A stretch of DNA of 64,000 nucleotides from Amphiscolops sp. MND2022 (lineage: Eukaryota), in contig OZ076409.1 in the NCBI GenBank assembly GCA_964187785.1, forward strand, positions 52,950,001-53,014,000, written 5' to 3'. Below are positions 1-13,385 of this stretch, piece after piece. Each line of letters starts with the position of its first letter. Position 1 is the first letter of the stretch. Under the pieces are notes generated by a model that saw nothing but the letters and a program-made list of their open reading frames with translations, did not search any database and was not told where the DNA came from. The translations under genes and the position numbers were made by a program.

Positions 1-31
1 TGGCGCCGACTTGGGACGTTCCCGTCTTGTT
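1..31 (+). mobile_element. 3' end of a Helentron-type non-autonomous element (HINE/DINE-1-like), truncated by the window edge
   Basis: gcgccgacttgggacgttcccgtcttgtt (3' subTIR + short hairpin + TT), identical to the end at 6677-6705. Confidence 0.7.
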
Positions 32-319
32 ATTAGTTTGTTTTGGTAATTCGCCAAACTTTCCATAAGGCGCTCGCTACTGGCCAAATGTGGCCCTATT
101 AATTCGTGTTAATTGTTGGCTAGCTTTTAAAAAAATCATGGACCCAAGCAGTTTACACAATTGATATAAACACAAGGTAGGAATAAAACAGTGGCTTCAA
201 GCGATCTTAAACCGCGCATCCTACAAATTTAACTTCCGATTAGAGGGTCTTTTTCATTGGAAATCATAATGAACGATCCGATAAAAACGTCTTTCCTTTT
301 ATAATTATTATTTCTGCGA

Positions 320-897
320 TAGCAGGAATATTAGTGAAACCAAAGTCAGCACCCCGCTCAAAGTTCAAAAAAGTAATTTTTTTACATATGGTAAAAGTAC
401 ACTTTTGTTAAAATGTCATCAATTTTACAGTGCCAAAATATACCTCAAAGGATACGTATAAGACTCGAAAACCACTTTTTCCCCAACTGGAGGCAACAAA
501 ACCTCTCAAAAAACTGAAAATTGAAGTCTCTGTTAACTCGCATAGTGCCCAAGCCCTAAGGAGTCCTCAATGCTCGCAAAAAGTTTCGTTTTTAGTAAAA
601 ACTGCGAGGGGTTTTGATGAAAATAAATGGGAAAAAGTCGCATGGAATAAACGCCGGTCTTGAAAAAAAAACAAAGTTCGGGCATAGCGTGCTGAGAAAA
701 CCTAATTTTAGGACAAAAAAATCATTTAGAAAATTTCACTAAGTTAAAAATTGTAAAAGGGTGGCTTTGGGCTCCTTGAAAATCCAATCTGATGCGAAAT
801 ATCAAAAAATTGAAGGGGCTTATAAAATCTATCACTTCGTCGGTCTTAAAAAAGCCACTACTATAGTCTGTTCTTTCTACGAACGCGCCGACTAAAA
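320..897 (-). mobile_element. Diverged HINE-like element
   Basis: gcgccgactaaaa at 885-897 is the family 5' subTIR in reverse; degenerate aagtcagcacccc near 343-355; A/T-tract interior typical of the family. Confidence 0.5.
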
Positions 898-1319
898 GTC
901 TGCTTGCGAAACTGTGATTCCTTTCTACACCTGAGGCTCTCGTAGTGATGAACAAAAATATCACAGGTAAACGTGACATTCGATTGACACTGATTGTTTC
1001 ACGTTGCCTTGTCGAAACTGCTGGAGTTATCAATTGACAACCTTGAGCATGAACGTTTCGATATCTTTGAAGCCTGACCGAAGCCGTCAATTTTCGAGTT
1101 TATTAGTCAAGCATCAAACAGTTTAAAACTTTTATGCCTAATATTTCCATTTCACAATATTTTCATTTCACATAAAAGGGTCTCTCCAAAGTCTCATGCA
1201 TTTGACATTAAATTGGTATTGGTGGAACTCTCAATACTCCGTTTCAAAAGCAAACACTGGCATTTCCTGAAAGTTTAGCTATACATCGCTTTCAAGTTGA
1301 GCAATAAAAAGTGACAAAC

Positions 1320-1545
1320 TTTTTCAAAGTCAGCTATTCGTTTCAGTAATTCGTTTTTCAGGTTCAGCTCCACTCCATGAATGTGTCGTTTCACAGCATC
1401 CTCGCTTCTAAGGATTCTCTCATTGTTTTCAATTCGTTCTCTCTCAAAAGCCTGATTGGTCGCCGACGACATTTTGGCCAACTCGTGTCGCAGGTCTTCG
1501 ATCATTCGTGCTTGCTCTGACACTTGAGCTTGGTGTTCTCCCATT
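1320..1545 (-). CDS. Putative internal exon of a coiled-coil host gene (..MGEHQAQVSEQARMIEDLRHELAKM..LLKRIADFEK)
   Basis: Acceptor ttttaaactttAG, donor GTttgt, 226 nt (phase 2 to 0), heptad-like E/K/R/L-rich translation. Confidence 0.6.
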
Positions 1546-1661
1546 CTAAAGTTTAAAACCAAGTGAACTTTACACCAAGTGAAAATATAAACATATGGGA
1601 TTTTTAGTCAAAATGCAAAGGAATGCTCTGCACTCATTTGCCCATCAGAACATCTACCTCC

Positions 1662-2221
1662 TGTAAGGACTAATGTCCCTGTTGTCTCTTAGGTCAACTG
1701 CAGACCGTCAATCATTTTTTGCAATTCTAGATTTGAGCCCATTGTTCCCCTCAGTGTTCTCCTGACTATTAGGGGGCGAACTGACCTCAGTGTCTCGATT
1801 TCATGAAGATGACATTGAACTAACTATGTTCTGAATCTCTGGAATTACTCTTTCAGCTATGGCCGTGTTGGTCGCTATATTTATTTGATTATGCATCATA
1901 TACATCATTGAGTCTTTTTCCTGAAAGAGTTTCATGTTGAATTCACTAGTGAGAGTTTCCATTGTTTCTTGAAACCTATCTCGCCTGGGGATCATGTTTT
2001 CATGGACAGAGTGTCCACAGCCATTTTCATGGGAATTATCCTCTCTGGATTGCAAAATCCACTCATCATCACAATGACTTCCTGTATTCCCAATCACATT
2101 TGAAAGTTCTCGTTCAATTGGATTAACATTATTACTTCCGAGTACGACGTCCATGTTTTCAAAATCAGACATCATGTCCATTTCTCTAGTTTCTAGCTTT
2201 CTCTTTTCTAGTGGAAGGCAT
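1662..2221 (-). pseudogene. Frameshifted LTR-embedded ORF (MPSTRK..REMDMMSDFENMDV..RVIPEIQNIV..ISPY), probable Gag N-terminus
   Basis: Translation similar to the ORFs starting at 38692 and 62621; TATA-like tatatata near 2422-2430. Confidence 0.7.
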
Positions 2222-3174
2222 AGGAGACGCATACTAGGGAAGAATTAATTAAAATCCTTTATCTCGTAAATTTAACCTTGTTTCAAATCACACAACTGTA
2301 TCACGTATAATCGGTATTCTTTTGTGTTTCGGACCTTGAGTCCTGAGCATATATATCACATCCGATCACGGAAATGTTTACAAGGCGTTACCTTGTGAGT
2401 CCTTCTAGAACAAGCAACAACATATATATACGAACCAAACAAATCTTTCATGTTAGGTATCAAAAGACTACATGTCCTTCTGTATTTAAAAATGATATTC
2501 GTGTAAGGGTACAAGTTTATTAGCCATAATGTCTGGAGGTGGGAGCAGCTAGAACAGCGACCTTTCTTCGACAGAGTTATAGTAAAGTACTAAACAATCC
2601 TTCAAATAAAAGTTTTATAATGTAAGCGCCGTCCTGTATTCAGATTTGGACTCAATGTCAATTCGCATTTGTTTGCTCATAATTGAATGTGGACAAGCGG
2701 CATATGGCCACTGAGTCCAACTACTGCATTAAATATTCAATGAAATACTGCACTGTGATTGGCTGGTTAAATATTTGGACCGGACGTCCTCGGCAAAAGG
2801 CAAGGGAACGTTTAAACACATTTCCTTTGCCTGTACGCCGTGGTGTCCAATTTCTAACAACATACTGCTGTTTTACATATATAACACGCATAAATGTCAT
2901 AATGAACAACATATTAATTTGATCACTTTCAATTTAGCTGCAAAATAAGTATTTTAACTGCAAGTCCGATTAATATTTTGAGTACAAAGTAATAATACAC
3001 CAACACATGTATGACTCTCATAGCTAAGTATTAAAGTCAAGTTTGTAGTTTTATGACTTTCATACGGCTCGGCCTGTTAGTCTTCCTTCTAATTCAACGG
3101 GACCGACTCAGGGAGAGTGCCATAGTTGTATCCAACTGAATACCAATTGCCATCGCAGACGGCAGCCTGCGACA
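1662..3174 (-). mobile_element. Solo LTR, 1513 bp (copy 1 of the ORF-containing LTR family)
   Basis: Minus-strand ends TGTCGCAGGCTG...CCTTACA; perfect 5-bp TSD CCTCC (1657-1661 and 3175-3179); homologous to 37626-39710 and 61248-63206. Confidence 0.9.
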
Positions 3175-3624
3175 CCTCCAAAAAAGATCCGAAGTTAATC
3201 AGAATACCACGTTTAGTTCGATTCACTTTCAATAGCAATACAGCACTATCTAACATATCTTGCAAAGAACAGCCTGCAAATTTCCAATTTCAAGAAAATG
3301 TCACAAAAGGATTTTCCATAATTCTTTGGCCAGATTTTAGGAAAGTGATCAAAAGTTTTTTCTGCGAGTTTGATCATCAAAAGTCTGTGTTTGATCATCC
3401 GTTCGCGCAGTAGCTTCTATAGTCATGTTGGAACACGTACAAACAAGTCAGGAACGGCCCAAGTCTGCGCACAAAAGTGTACCCGGGGACGTGGCTTTAG
3501 TATCACTTGTTGAATATTCTTTAAAATCCAAAAAGTCTTATAATACAGAAAACCTGACCCTAAAGCGTTACGTTGGACGCAAATTATTTGAAATTTTGGG
3601 TATCGATTATGTTATACGAGAAAT

Positions 3625-3880
3625 GAAAACTTTATATCCGAACTTTGAAAACGTTATATCCGAACTTTGTAAACGTTATATACGAAGTATGAAAACGTTA
3701 CATCCGAACTTCAAAAACGTTATATCCGAACTTTGAAAATGTTATATCCGAACTTTGAAGACATTACATCCGAACTTTGAAAACGTTATATCCGAACTTT
3801 GAAAAAGCTACATCCGAACTTTCAAAACGTTATATCCCAACTTTGGAGACGTTACATCCGAACTTTGAAAACGTTATATC
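3625..3880. repeat. Minisatellite, ~11.5 copies of 22-bp gaaaacgttatatccgaacttt, probably the interior of a HINE-like element ending at ~3983
   Basis: Contiguous units with no spacers; HINE subTIR aaaagcgccgactaaaaa at 3966-3983. Confidence 0.9.
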
Positions 3881-6109
3881 AGTTGAACAATTTAACAAAA
3901 ACGTGGACCATTCAGAGTGAACTGAAAAAACTACCCACTGTAATAGTAAAGATTCTGTTCTGAGGAAAAGCGCCGACTAAAAAACTACCCACTGTAATCG
4001 AATTTCAATCGAATTTCAACCCACCTTCGAATTTCAATCTTGAATACCAAAGTATTTCATGTTTTGAAATCGTACAAAAATTACAGAAGGGTTATAACTA
4101 GGTTTTTGTGAACTTTGGTATTTTCCGAAATACAATTTTCCGAAATCTCGCAAACAGCTGGTCATAGCGAAAAATTGCAGAGAGAAATTTTGTACCTTTG
4201 ACTCGGTGCCTCAACTTTAGACTTTTTTGAAAACACCAAAAAATGAAAACTTACACCGCAAAATTATATCAAATGCAAATTCTTCATTTTTTATTCCGTT
4301 TTAGAAGAATTACAACTGTTTTTGTCCGTTTTTCAAGAACATATTTTCAGACGGTGCTAAATATAAAAGTTGAAGTGTCAAAGCTGCAAATTTGATCCCG
4401 GTAGATTTTTTTCTGACCAGTAGTCAAATGCATGTCTAGAGAAAAAATACACTTTCAATTAAAACGTCTGCAATATTCTTCAGCTTTTTGGTACAATAGT
4501 GTATTGTCTTACAATAGTGTAATAAGACTTATCCAATGTTTTTCTTCTTTATGATGTTATTGCTGCGAAAATGAAAAATCCTATTTTCTTCTAAAAACAT
4601 GTATTCACAAAGGAAGATGATTTGAAGTGTTACAAAAGTAGTATGATGTTTTTACAATGGTTGTTACTACTAAGACATTTTCCATTCGGATCATTCATAG
4701 TTCCCATGAATACAGCAATTTTTCATTCATGTTTTTCATTTGAAGACTCACTCGACTAAACCAAAAAGGTTATGAATTACTGGTAAAGTAGCAATGAATG
4801 ACAACTCAGCACTTTGATAACATTAATGAAAGTAATCAAGAAGTGTGAATAAACGAGTTCAACAATCCGGAGAGACTTGGTTGAACTTATCAGCCCTGGA
4901 AAAGTCCAGTCACAAACATCGATTCATCACTGTTTGCGATGGATTTCTTGATGACTAAAAGTGATTTGCTTAACTGAGTAATTTTTTGCATTTAACTCAA
5001 AGGCTTTATCCAGAAGTGAAAAATAATTGAACAACGGGTCGAACTTCTTACGATGGATTCAACTCAAAGGTTGAACCATTTTGATGCAATACATACTAAT
5101 AGACCCTCAATCAAATTGTCTCCCTTCAAACAACATTACATTGTAGTTCCAAAACTTTTTTTTCCTAACTTCTCAACTTTTTCATTCTATTTCCGAAGTT
5201 TTTTCGAGTAAAAAAATGTTCAAGTTACTTCTAAATTCTAGATGTGCTGTGTTATTGCTGTTGCTCAGTATACTCTTGACTACTCCGAGACTTTGATCGA
5301 CTCTACATGTATGCGTCACATAAATTTTTGACGTCAGATGTTCAACAGACAAAGACTTGACTTTACTACAAAGTAAAGTGCACGAGGTGAGACCTTCTCA
5401 ATACAGAAAATGAAATTAGAAACAATAGCATTGTAGTTGTATTGCAAAAAACTGCGACAGCTATCGATCGATGCATGCAATTCAAAAGCAGCGTGCGTTC
5501 TTTTCCTTCCGCTATATGAAGTCGAGAAGAGAACTTGCTCGGAAATTCAATGGAAAACTTGCAATAAAAAGTAAAAAAAGGTAACAATTTTTCACAAATA
5601 ATTTTAGAGCCAATAAGGTACCTTGATTCCAATTGAAAAAATATCATGCAAAAAAAGAAGTATCCCAATTTTTGCATTCCACCAAATTTTTTTCCAATCT
5701 TTCACTCAAAAATGGATAGCGGAAAATTGAGCTTCAGCTACATGTTTTTTTCCAATTTTTCAATGCTTTAATTTTATGCTTGAGAGATATGTATTAAGAA
5801 CTGTAAGGACGACTCCTAAGAAAGGTAATTCATTTAAATGAATGAACAACAACAGTCAACAGTCAATTTTCTTGAATTAAAGTTTTAAAAAATTCCGAAG
5901 TACGACGAAACTTTTTAATAGGTTTGCCAAATTTTTTAGGGTGTCAGGACATTTCATCCTAAGTAATTTCAATCTATGCAATTTCAACCGTTGCCATTCC
6001 AATTGTTGACCGTTTCAACCTATTGCATTTTCGAATTTCCGCAATTTCTACCTAAACAATTTGGCTAATGGTTCTTAATTAGTTAAACAATTATTATAAG
6101 TGGTTTCAT

Positions 6110-7282
6110 TTTTAGTTGACGCTTTTCCATTAACCAACCCTTTTCCAACCCGACTATAGCAGTGACTGTTTTTAGTCGGCGCCTTTTCCCTTAAGGAAAA
6201 AAGCCCGACTCTTACAGTGAGTAGTTTTTTTTTGTTTTTTTTTCAGTTGACAATCTCACTCTGAGTGGTCCACTTTTCTTACAATTTTTGTTCATCTTTC
6301 ATATTTGTTCATCTTCCATCTTCGACCCAGCCGGAGAGCGTGGGTTCGAATCCCGCACTAAACCATAAATTTTTTAATGCTTCCAAAAGTACAGGTGAGA
6401 CCAAAGGGTCCCCCCTTTGGGTTTTTTTCGGCACTATGCGACTTTTTTTCGAAAACTTTCGAAATTTATCAAAGGGTACCCCCTTGAATTTTTTTGAAGT
6501 TTTCGGTTTGTAGAAAACGTTGAATGAGCCTGAATGGCCTCTTTTTGAGTTTTTCGGCATTGTGCGACCTAAAAAATACTTTTTTTCGAAAAAAATCAAA
6601 ATTTTTTTTTGAAAAAAATTTTTTTTCCAAATTTTTCCAATAGTTGTTCCTTGAATATTTTTGAGCCTAAGATATGGCGCCGACTTGGGACGTTCCCGTC
6701 TTGTTTTTTCTTCAGACTACAATCCTCACACTGATCGGTCCACTTTTTAGAAACAATCCTGAAACCACCTAAAGCGCCCAGTGCGGCAAACGGGCCAAGG
6801 CAAACTTAGTGCAAAGGGTCCCCCCTTTCATTTTTTACTTTTTCAAGGTAACCTACAAAACCGGACGGGACTAAAGAGTCCCTTTCGATTTTTTTTTTCG
6901 TTTTTTTTCGGCACTGTGCGACTTTTTTTTCGAAATTTTTTTTGTCTCCAAAGGGTCCCCCCTTTCATTTTTTACTTTTTACGTAACCTACAAAACCGGT
7001 CGAGGCTAAAGGATCCGCCCTTTTGATTTTTTTCGGCACTGTGCGACTTTTTTTCGAAAATTTTTTAATGTCCTCAAAGGGTCCCCCCTTTGAGTTTTTT
7101 GTTATTTTGCAACAGAATGCATGTTCGGAAATCAAAAAGGGTCCCCTCTGTTACAGTTTTCGGCACTGTGCGACATTTTTCGAAAGAAAAAATTTTCGAA
7201 AATTTCTAGTTTTTTCCAAAAAAATGTTTTGCGCTTTTTGAGCCTTAGATATAGCGCCGACTTTAGACGTTCCCGTCTTGTT
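6110..7282 (+). mobile_element. HINE (outer), interrupted by a second HINE
   Basis: 5' ttttagttgacgc..cccgact; 3' gcgccgactttagacgttcccgtcttgtt; internal cggcactgtgcgactttttt repeats. Confidence 0.7.
6168..6705 (+). mobile_element. HINE (inner), inserted in a T-tract of the outer HINE
   Basis: 5' ttttagtcggcgc..gcccgact inverted segment; 3' gcgccgacttgggacgttcccgtcttgtt; no TSD, T-run target; contains B-box-like gggttcgaatccc. Confidence 0.8.
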
Positions 7283-7771
7283 ATACATTGCTAACTGCAA
7301 ATGTGTTAATTTTTACGCCAGTTTTGATTCGTTTTGGCTTCTTCATGATAATTAGCAATAATTAAAGCACTTTGATTCACTACTGACTATTTTCCTTAAA
7401 TAATAATTAAATCAGGAGTAATTTAGCCAAAATTAGTATAGGTCGAAATTGCGGAAGATTGAAAATGCAATAGGTTAAAATGGCAACGTTTGAAATTGCA
7501 TAGATTGAAATTGCAAAGGACGAAATGTCATGTAACCTTTTTCAGACGGGATTGAAGTATTAACTTCTATTATACTAATAGGAGTTGTAATACCTTGGAA
7601 ACTTGTTCTAAAAAACTCCTTATTCTGACGCACTCAACTAAGGTAAATAGCATCGTCCGCCGTTCTCTGATATGTGAAAATTTTATCATTCTTCGATTTT
7701 TGTTTGTTAATGTTTTTTTTTCAGTTTTTCTAATAAATGAAAAATCTTCCTTTTGGAGCGGGATTCGCGAA

Positions 7772-8106
7772 AACAAGACGAGAACGTCTAAAGTCGGCGC
7801 TATATCCAGGGCTCCAAAGGCGGAAAACATTTTTTTGGAAAAAAAGTTGAAAATTTCGATTGAAAAAAAATCCAAAGTGGGGATCTTTTAGGCACGTCCG
7901 GCTTTGTAGGTTTCCTTGAGAAAGTAAAAAATGAAAGGCGGGATCCTTTGGACTAAGTTTGCCTTGGCCGGATTTGGCATTAGGTGGTTTCAGGATTGTT
8001 TCTAAAAAGTGGACCAATCAGTGTGAGGATTGTAATCTGAAGAAAAAAAGAAAAAAAGATCACTGCTATAGTGGGGCATATAGTAGGAAAACGATCCGAC
8101 TAAAAA
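7772..8106 (-). mobile_element. HINE
   Basis: aacaagacgagaacgtctaaagtcggcgc ... ccgactaaaaa; body is a reverse-complement relative of 6706-7282. Confidence 0.8.
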
Positions 8107-8322
8107 CATTTTCAACATTTTTTCAGAAATCACTACACGTTAGTAAACGAGAAAATACTTTCTACTTAATAATAATGAATTCATCTGTAAAATGGCATAA
8201 AACCATTGACTACGTTTGCTATGAGTGTCTTGTAGCAGTACATGAAAGATTTCGATGTGCCATATTTATAGCCAATGGACTCCTATTTCATAATTTGCTT
8301 AGACTTTTTTAATGAGTGGCAT

Positions 8323-11300
8323 TGTTGTAATCTAATTCTCTAGTAAGAAACAATTTCATTGTATTCAAACTTTACTCTATCTTGTTCTGTCGTTTAATGA
8401 ACAATTCTTCATCCACACTAAGTTGGCAGGTATTAATGAACGAACATCATATCAATAAGACAATACGACTAAAAAAGCAGACTAATTAATGTACATTGTC
8501 CGTGTCCTCTACATTCCCCCCTTCACTATTGGTTGTTGATTGGCCAATGGGGTTTTGTGTTGTTTCTGTATGGCGGTAGTCCCTCCAATGGTGCATTGAT
8601 TTGTGGACGGGTAACTGATCCCCGCGTTGATTTCTGTCACGGTGTCTATCAACCCGTGACGTCTGTTTGTTGTCCGCTGTTTGAATTAGTTGTGGCTGCT
8701 TGTCTCGATGTCTGTTTGACCGGTGTTTCTTCCTGTGTAATCATGACATACTGGATTATTATATCTAACAATTGGTTTGGTTTTTGTTAGTCTTTTCGAT
8801 CTGCGTATTATTTTTCTTCTTCGTGTTCAACATCTGTTTCTAATTCAGTACTTGAGCTCAGGTTGCTAGCAAGGTCTAATTCAAAGCTATTATCTTCCTC
8901 CGTGTTAAGGAGAGAAGTATGATTATTAAACACCTTACCGTTCTCGTCTCTAATGAAAAGCTCTTCATTTGCTTGCCCCGCGTCGCCGATATCACGGTCG
9001 ATCTCGGTGTCTGTCATATTGGCGGTGGTTGTAGTAGGCCGTCCGATGCTGTTGTCTGTCTCTTCCGGTGTATTGCGGGGTGAGCTTGATCCCGACCGTT
9101 CCCGTATCAGTTTCGGTCTGCCTCGACCGAAAGTACCCTTTATGACCGTGGCATTGTCTGTTTGCCTTGGTGTTGTCTGGTTGCTTTTTTCTGGTGGCAG
9201 TGTCTCAGGTTCGTTGTCTGACTCTATTATAAACGTCTTCCTCAGTTTGGATGGTGATTTTGTTAACTGGCCGTCTGGTCGTCTCAATCCGGTTCCTCTG
9301 TTGTTGTTGCAGTCCTGGTTAAAATCATTAAGTGGTTTACTAATACATTTTCAATGTATTTCTCTACTGTTCGGTGTTGTCACCGTGTGTTTCGTTCCCG
9401 ATACTGCTATGTCTGGTTGGTCGGTAAAAGCACTTTCAAGTTTCCATTTCAGATGTTTTTTCTAGGGAAAAAAATGGGTAGTTAGTAACTCCTTTATCGT
9501 TTTTCTTCGGCTTCATTAGTAGCTGGTCAGACACACTGGCAACTCCTTTGAATGAGTATATATGTAAAGTATCCTGTTTCGCTGAAATGCAATTCTTCGT
9601 TAAGTTTTTCCGATTATCCAGATTTAGCAAATTGCTGTTTTCCGTATTCGGTTTCCGACCGAAAGTAGCTCAATTGCTGATTTTTTCAGTCTTGTGTGCG
9701 GTGTCTTTCGCATTATCTCAAGAGTTATGTCTAATTCTTTTCCGAACCGTTCGCCGGTTTTTATGTTTGTTAAAAGATTATCTTTTATTAGTGTTCTAAC
9801 TCCTCTTTCTACCAAACCTGTTGGGGTATGACAATACGGTGTACCGTATATTAATTTAATGTAGTTTTTTTTTAAAAAAAAGTCGCGAAAAAGCCGTCCC
9901 GTAAATGCGGTTGCTTTATCCGTTCTAATCGTTTTCGGTATACCATTTACTTGGATATACTGTTCGAGAAATTTTACCGCCGTTTCTCCGTCTGTGTATT
10001 CACAGAGACTGGCCGCCGGCCATTTACTAAACCGGTCCATGGATAGTAGTATATTAAATCGGCGGTTGTTTTCCGTGATTAGACCAATGAAGTCCAATTG
10101 GATTTCTTCATTTTGACTATCTACCGGTGGCAAGCAATTTTTTCCGTACTCGGTATATTAGGTTTAACACTTTCACCGGACATCTTGCAAGGGATGCAGG
10201 ATTCGCATTTCTACTGAAATGCTTCGATCATCCGCGTCCACCAGAAGTGTCGGGCTGCTAAGGTCATCTCGTTGATGGCCGGGTGTCCTTTATGTAACAA
10301 GCTGATGACTGCAGTACACAAAATCGAAAGAACGTCGTTTAGTTTTTTCTTGTGTTCTTCTTTCGACCCTTTTGTTACAACAATGACATCATCTTACCAT
10401 GCCGGATGTTTGTTATCCAGTGTCTTGTCGATCATCTCCTGCAAGATCGTCGGTATATCCGCTAAGCCGTAGAAACCTTTTAGGAAGCGGTAGTAACCGG
10501 TAAAATTCCCCCCGGTTACGGCGAATATGCATAGGTTTCTGGCTTCTCTAGAGAGTAGTAGTTGTCCGTATGCATAGACTGAATCGAATTTCGAAATCCT
10601 TATTTCGTCAGCTGGGCCGTCCGCTGTTTTCCTCGAGATTCTTGAGATCGATTCCTCCATGTTAGACATTTGAGCCTTTATTTCACAGTTATTTCTTTTC
10701 CCAGCGATTGATGTAGGTTAATCTGTATTGGCCTTCCTTTCCGCTGTATCAGTTCGCTTCTTCTTTCATTTGTATTTTTACTTCCAGTCTGTTTACCGTG
10801 TGGTTTTCGGTAAAGAGTTTTTCAAATTTTGTATTTAATGTTGTTATGTCCGGGTCTTGTTTTATTTGTTGTCTTTGTGAGACGGTTTTGCTCGTCTCCA
10901 GCGTTATTCCCACTTTTTTCATCCAGTCCAGGCCCAGTATTGGGTTTGTTCTTTTAGTTGTTACTAAAATCTCCAACTCCTCTTGTTTTCCGTCGATTTC
11001 TACTTTAGCTGTTGTTTTTCTTTCAAATTGTATCCGGTTATTGTTTACATCCTTGTATTCCGTTTCTAGCGGGTGTAGTGGTGTGATTTTGATGAATTGT
11101 GATTTTGATATCAGTGTTACCGGTGATCTGCTGTCAATTATGAATTTGATTGGTCAATTATTAACCAGTGCGGTGACTGTGAAGAATTCAGGACCATTGC
11201 TGTTTATTGATCGTGTTGAGTTTTGTTTCACTGAATGGATTGTGTTCGGTGTCCAGTCATCTTCACCCACGCTACTTGTTTCTTCTTCCATTATATGGTT

Positions 11301-12459
11301 TACTTTCTTGCTTGCGCGGCAGCATTTGGCGAATAGGCCCATCTTTCGGCATTTTGCGCATTTCTTTCCTCTGACGGGACATTCGTGTTGTCTCGACCAG
11401 TTCGTTGCTCCGCAACGGTTACAATCAACTTTCTTGAGTTTTGTGGGTTTGCCCGGCAGTTCTTTTTTTGGTCTTGTGTTACGTTTATTTGGGTAACGTA
11501 TTTTCATTCTTCCTCTGTCTCGGGTGAGTCATTCAATTTTTCGTACGAATGTTCTATATCGCGTCGGTTTTTGCTTCTACCGACATGTAACGTTTTCTGA
11601 TTTTTTTCCTTCAGGTCACAATCGCCGGTTGATTTCCCGATGACGGACAACAATTTTGATGCTAGGAGTTCTGCTCCGATTATTGTATCAAATTCTCAGT
11701 TCTTTTCGATCTCTAGTATTCGTTTCCATGCATCTGCCGCGGTTTCACCGTCTTCCCGCTTTAAGTCAAAGAAATCGGCTCTGCTATGGTGTACATTCCT
11801 TTCCGGCGTAAAATGTAGTCGAAAAATGTATACAGTTTGTGGAGTGGTAGTGAGCTCGGTTCTCTTTCTCTGATTGTTTTTGTCATCTCGGTGATAGTGT
11901 TTTGTCCGATTGCCCAGATAAAAATATCTTTTATTTCTGTTGCAGTATTTCCTTGCTGTTCGTCATGGTTGATAGGTCGATTTCAATCGTCATTTTTATG
12001 TATTGGACGAATTTTCGCCACCACATGCTCGCATTGGTGAGGTCTTGTTTCTCCAATGTGGGAATGGTAAGTTTCTGGGTGCAGGTCCGGTCTGCCGTCC
12101 TGTTCAGTGTGTCGTTTGGTAGCAGTTGGTTGCTCTGCCGTGTTCCCGCTGACGACAATATGGTGTCCCCATTTCTCGAATTTTCTTCCGTGTTTTCGTC
12201 CATGTCTTCTTTTGAGTGTTTTATGGTTGTCGCGTATAACTTTAGGGTAAACTGACTGCGCCATGTTGTAATCTAGTTCTCTAGTAAGAAACGATTTCAT
12301 TGAATTCAAACTTTACTCTATTTTGTTCTGTCGTTCAATGAACAATTCTTTATCTGCACTAAGTTGGCAGGTATTAATAAAAGACCATCATATCAATCAG
12401 ACAATACAACTATAAAATAAAAGCAGACTAATTATTATTCATTGTCTGTGTCCTCTACA
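8323..12459 (-). mobile_element. Decayed, internally deleted Ty3/Gypsy LTR retrotransposon (Mag-like)
   Basis: LTRs 8323-8513 and 12264-12459 (TG..CA); 5-bp TSD GGCAT; PBS TGGCGCAGTC (tRNA-Ser-like) abutting the LTR at 12263; PPT agtgaaggggggaa at 8514-8527. Confidence 0.93.
8808..12203 (-). pseudogene. Fragmented gag-pol (two Cys knuckles, protease, partial RT, integrase core)
   Basis: CNRCG..HEC..CAKCRKMG..C; NPILGLDW; YYRFLKGFYGLADIPT..W*DD; QLDFIG..DRFSKW..RTDKA..GLVERG; many stops and frameshifts; RNase H region missing. Confidence 0.88.
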
Positions 12460-13385
12460 GGCATGTTTGAAATATTTCATGGGCTAATGATATTGCGCTT
12501 CAAAGGGAAAGAAACACTTTAAAATCTACATAAAATTCAATACTTTGTGGATTCGTTTTTGTTTGCAAAGTTTTTCCTCGGAGTAAGAAAGGATTCGCCC
12601 ATCTGTGATGTTATTTTGAGGCGAGAATCTCGATTGTTCCATTTTTACTCGTTCTTGGGTTTTTGAGGCTTCGAGCTGGGCGAGAAGTCTCTATCGTTCC
12701 ATTTACACTAGTTTTTTGATTTTTTGTTTTTCGCTCTGCAAAAGTTAAGTTTGAAAACAGCGTTTCACTATAGGCCAGTCTTTGACCAGGCTAAACCAGT
12801 ATTTGACACATCCAATCAGATTTCACTTCCCGATCACGCGATTTTTTTCCTGTCGATTTAGGAAGTTTCTACCTTTTCATGTTCTATTCTCAGTCCAAAC
12901 GGTCCGTTCTCAGTACTTTTTTTAGCGTTTCAGCGTGTGTCGAAAACTGGTTTTCCTAGCAACAGTACTATAATTCAACAGTCGGTTTGCTAATTCCTTA
13001 ACTCAAGTCATTCAATAATTTCATTTTGTCATTTGAGATTAGTGGCAAGTACTGCTTGCGTATTGGCGGTTCCGTTGTTTGATCTAAGACTCGGCAATTT
13101 ACAGCAATTATTTGCTTCTTGTGGTAAAATGGAATTTTTATTGTGAAATTAAGACATCATTTGACGAGTCGACTTGACGAATCCGATCGGATTGCATTTA
13201 GACGCAAAATTTAGGCGGAGTGTGATTTACAGCGTCTGAATTGAAACGATGCTATTTACAGCGGAAAAAATGTATGGGATGTTTTTCAATTTCTTTAACA
13301 AGACAATCAGATTCGATACCTCCACCGTCACAAATGTTGACGAAAGCAGCGCACCAAATTTTGAGAACTCCTTGAACTTTCGGTC

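Larger units (their letters stand above)
5940..7537. mobile_element. Non-autonomous DNA transposon with ~140-150-bp TIRs, carrying nested HINEs
   Basis: Left ggtgtcaggacatttcatcc..gcaatttcaaccgttgcc matches the reverse complement of 7400-7537; 8-bp flanks ttttttag / tttttcag. Confidence 0.75.

Noticed and set aside
3625..3880. CRISPR-like array
   Set aside because: Units are contiguous with no unique spacers, there are no cas genes and the context is eukaryotic; it is a minisatellite.
6265..8312. F/K-rich ORFs in HINEs (also 14207, 40828, 59863-60242)
   Set aside because: Translations of A/T tracts in non-autonomous repeats.
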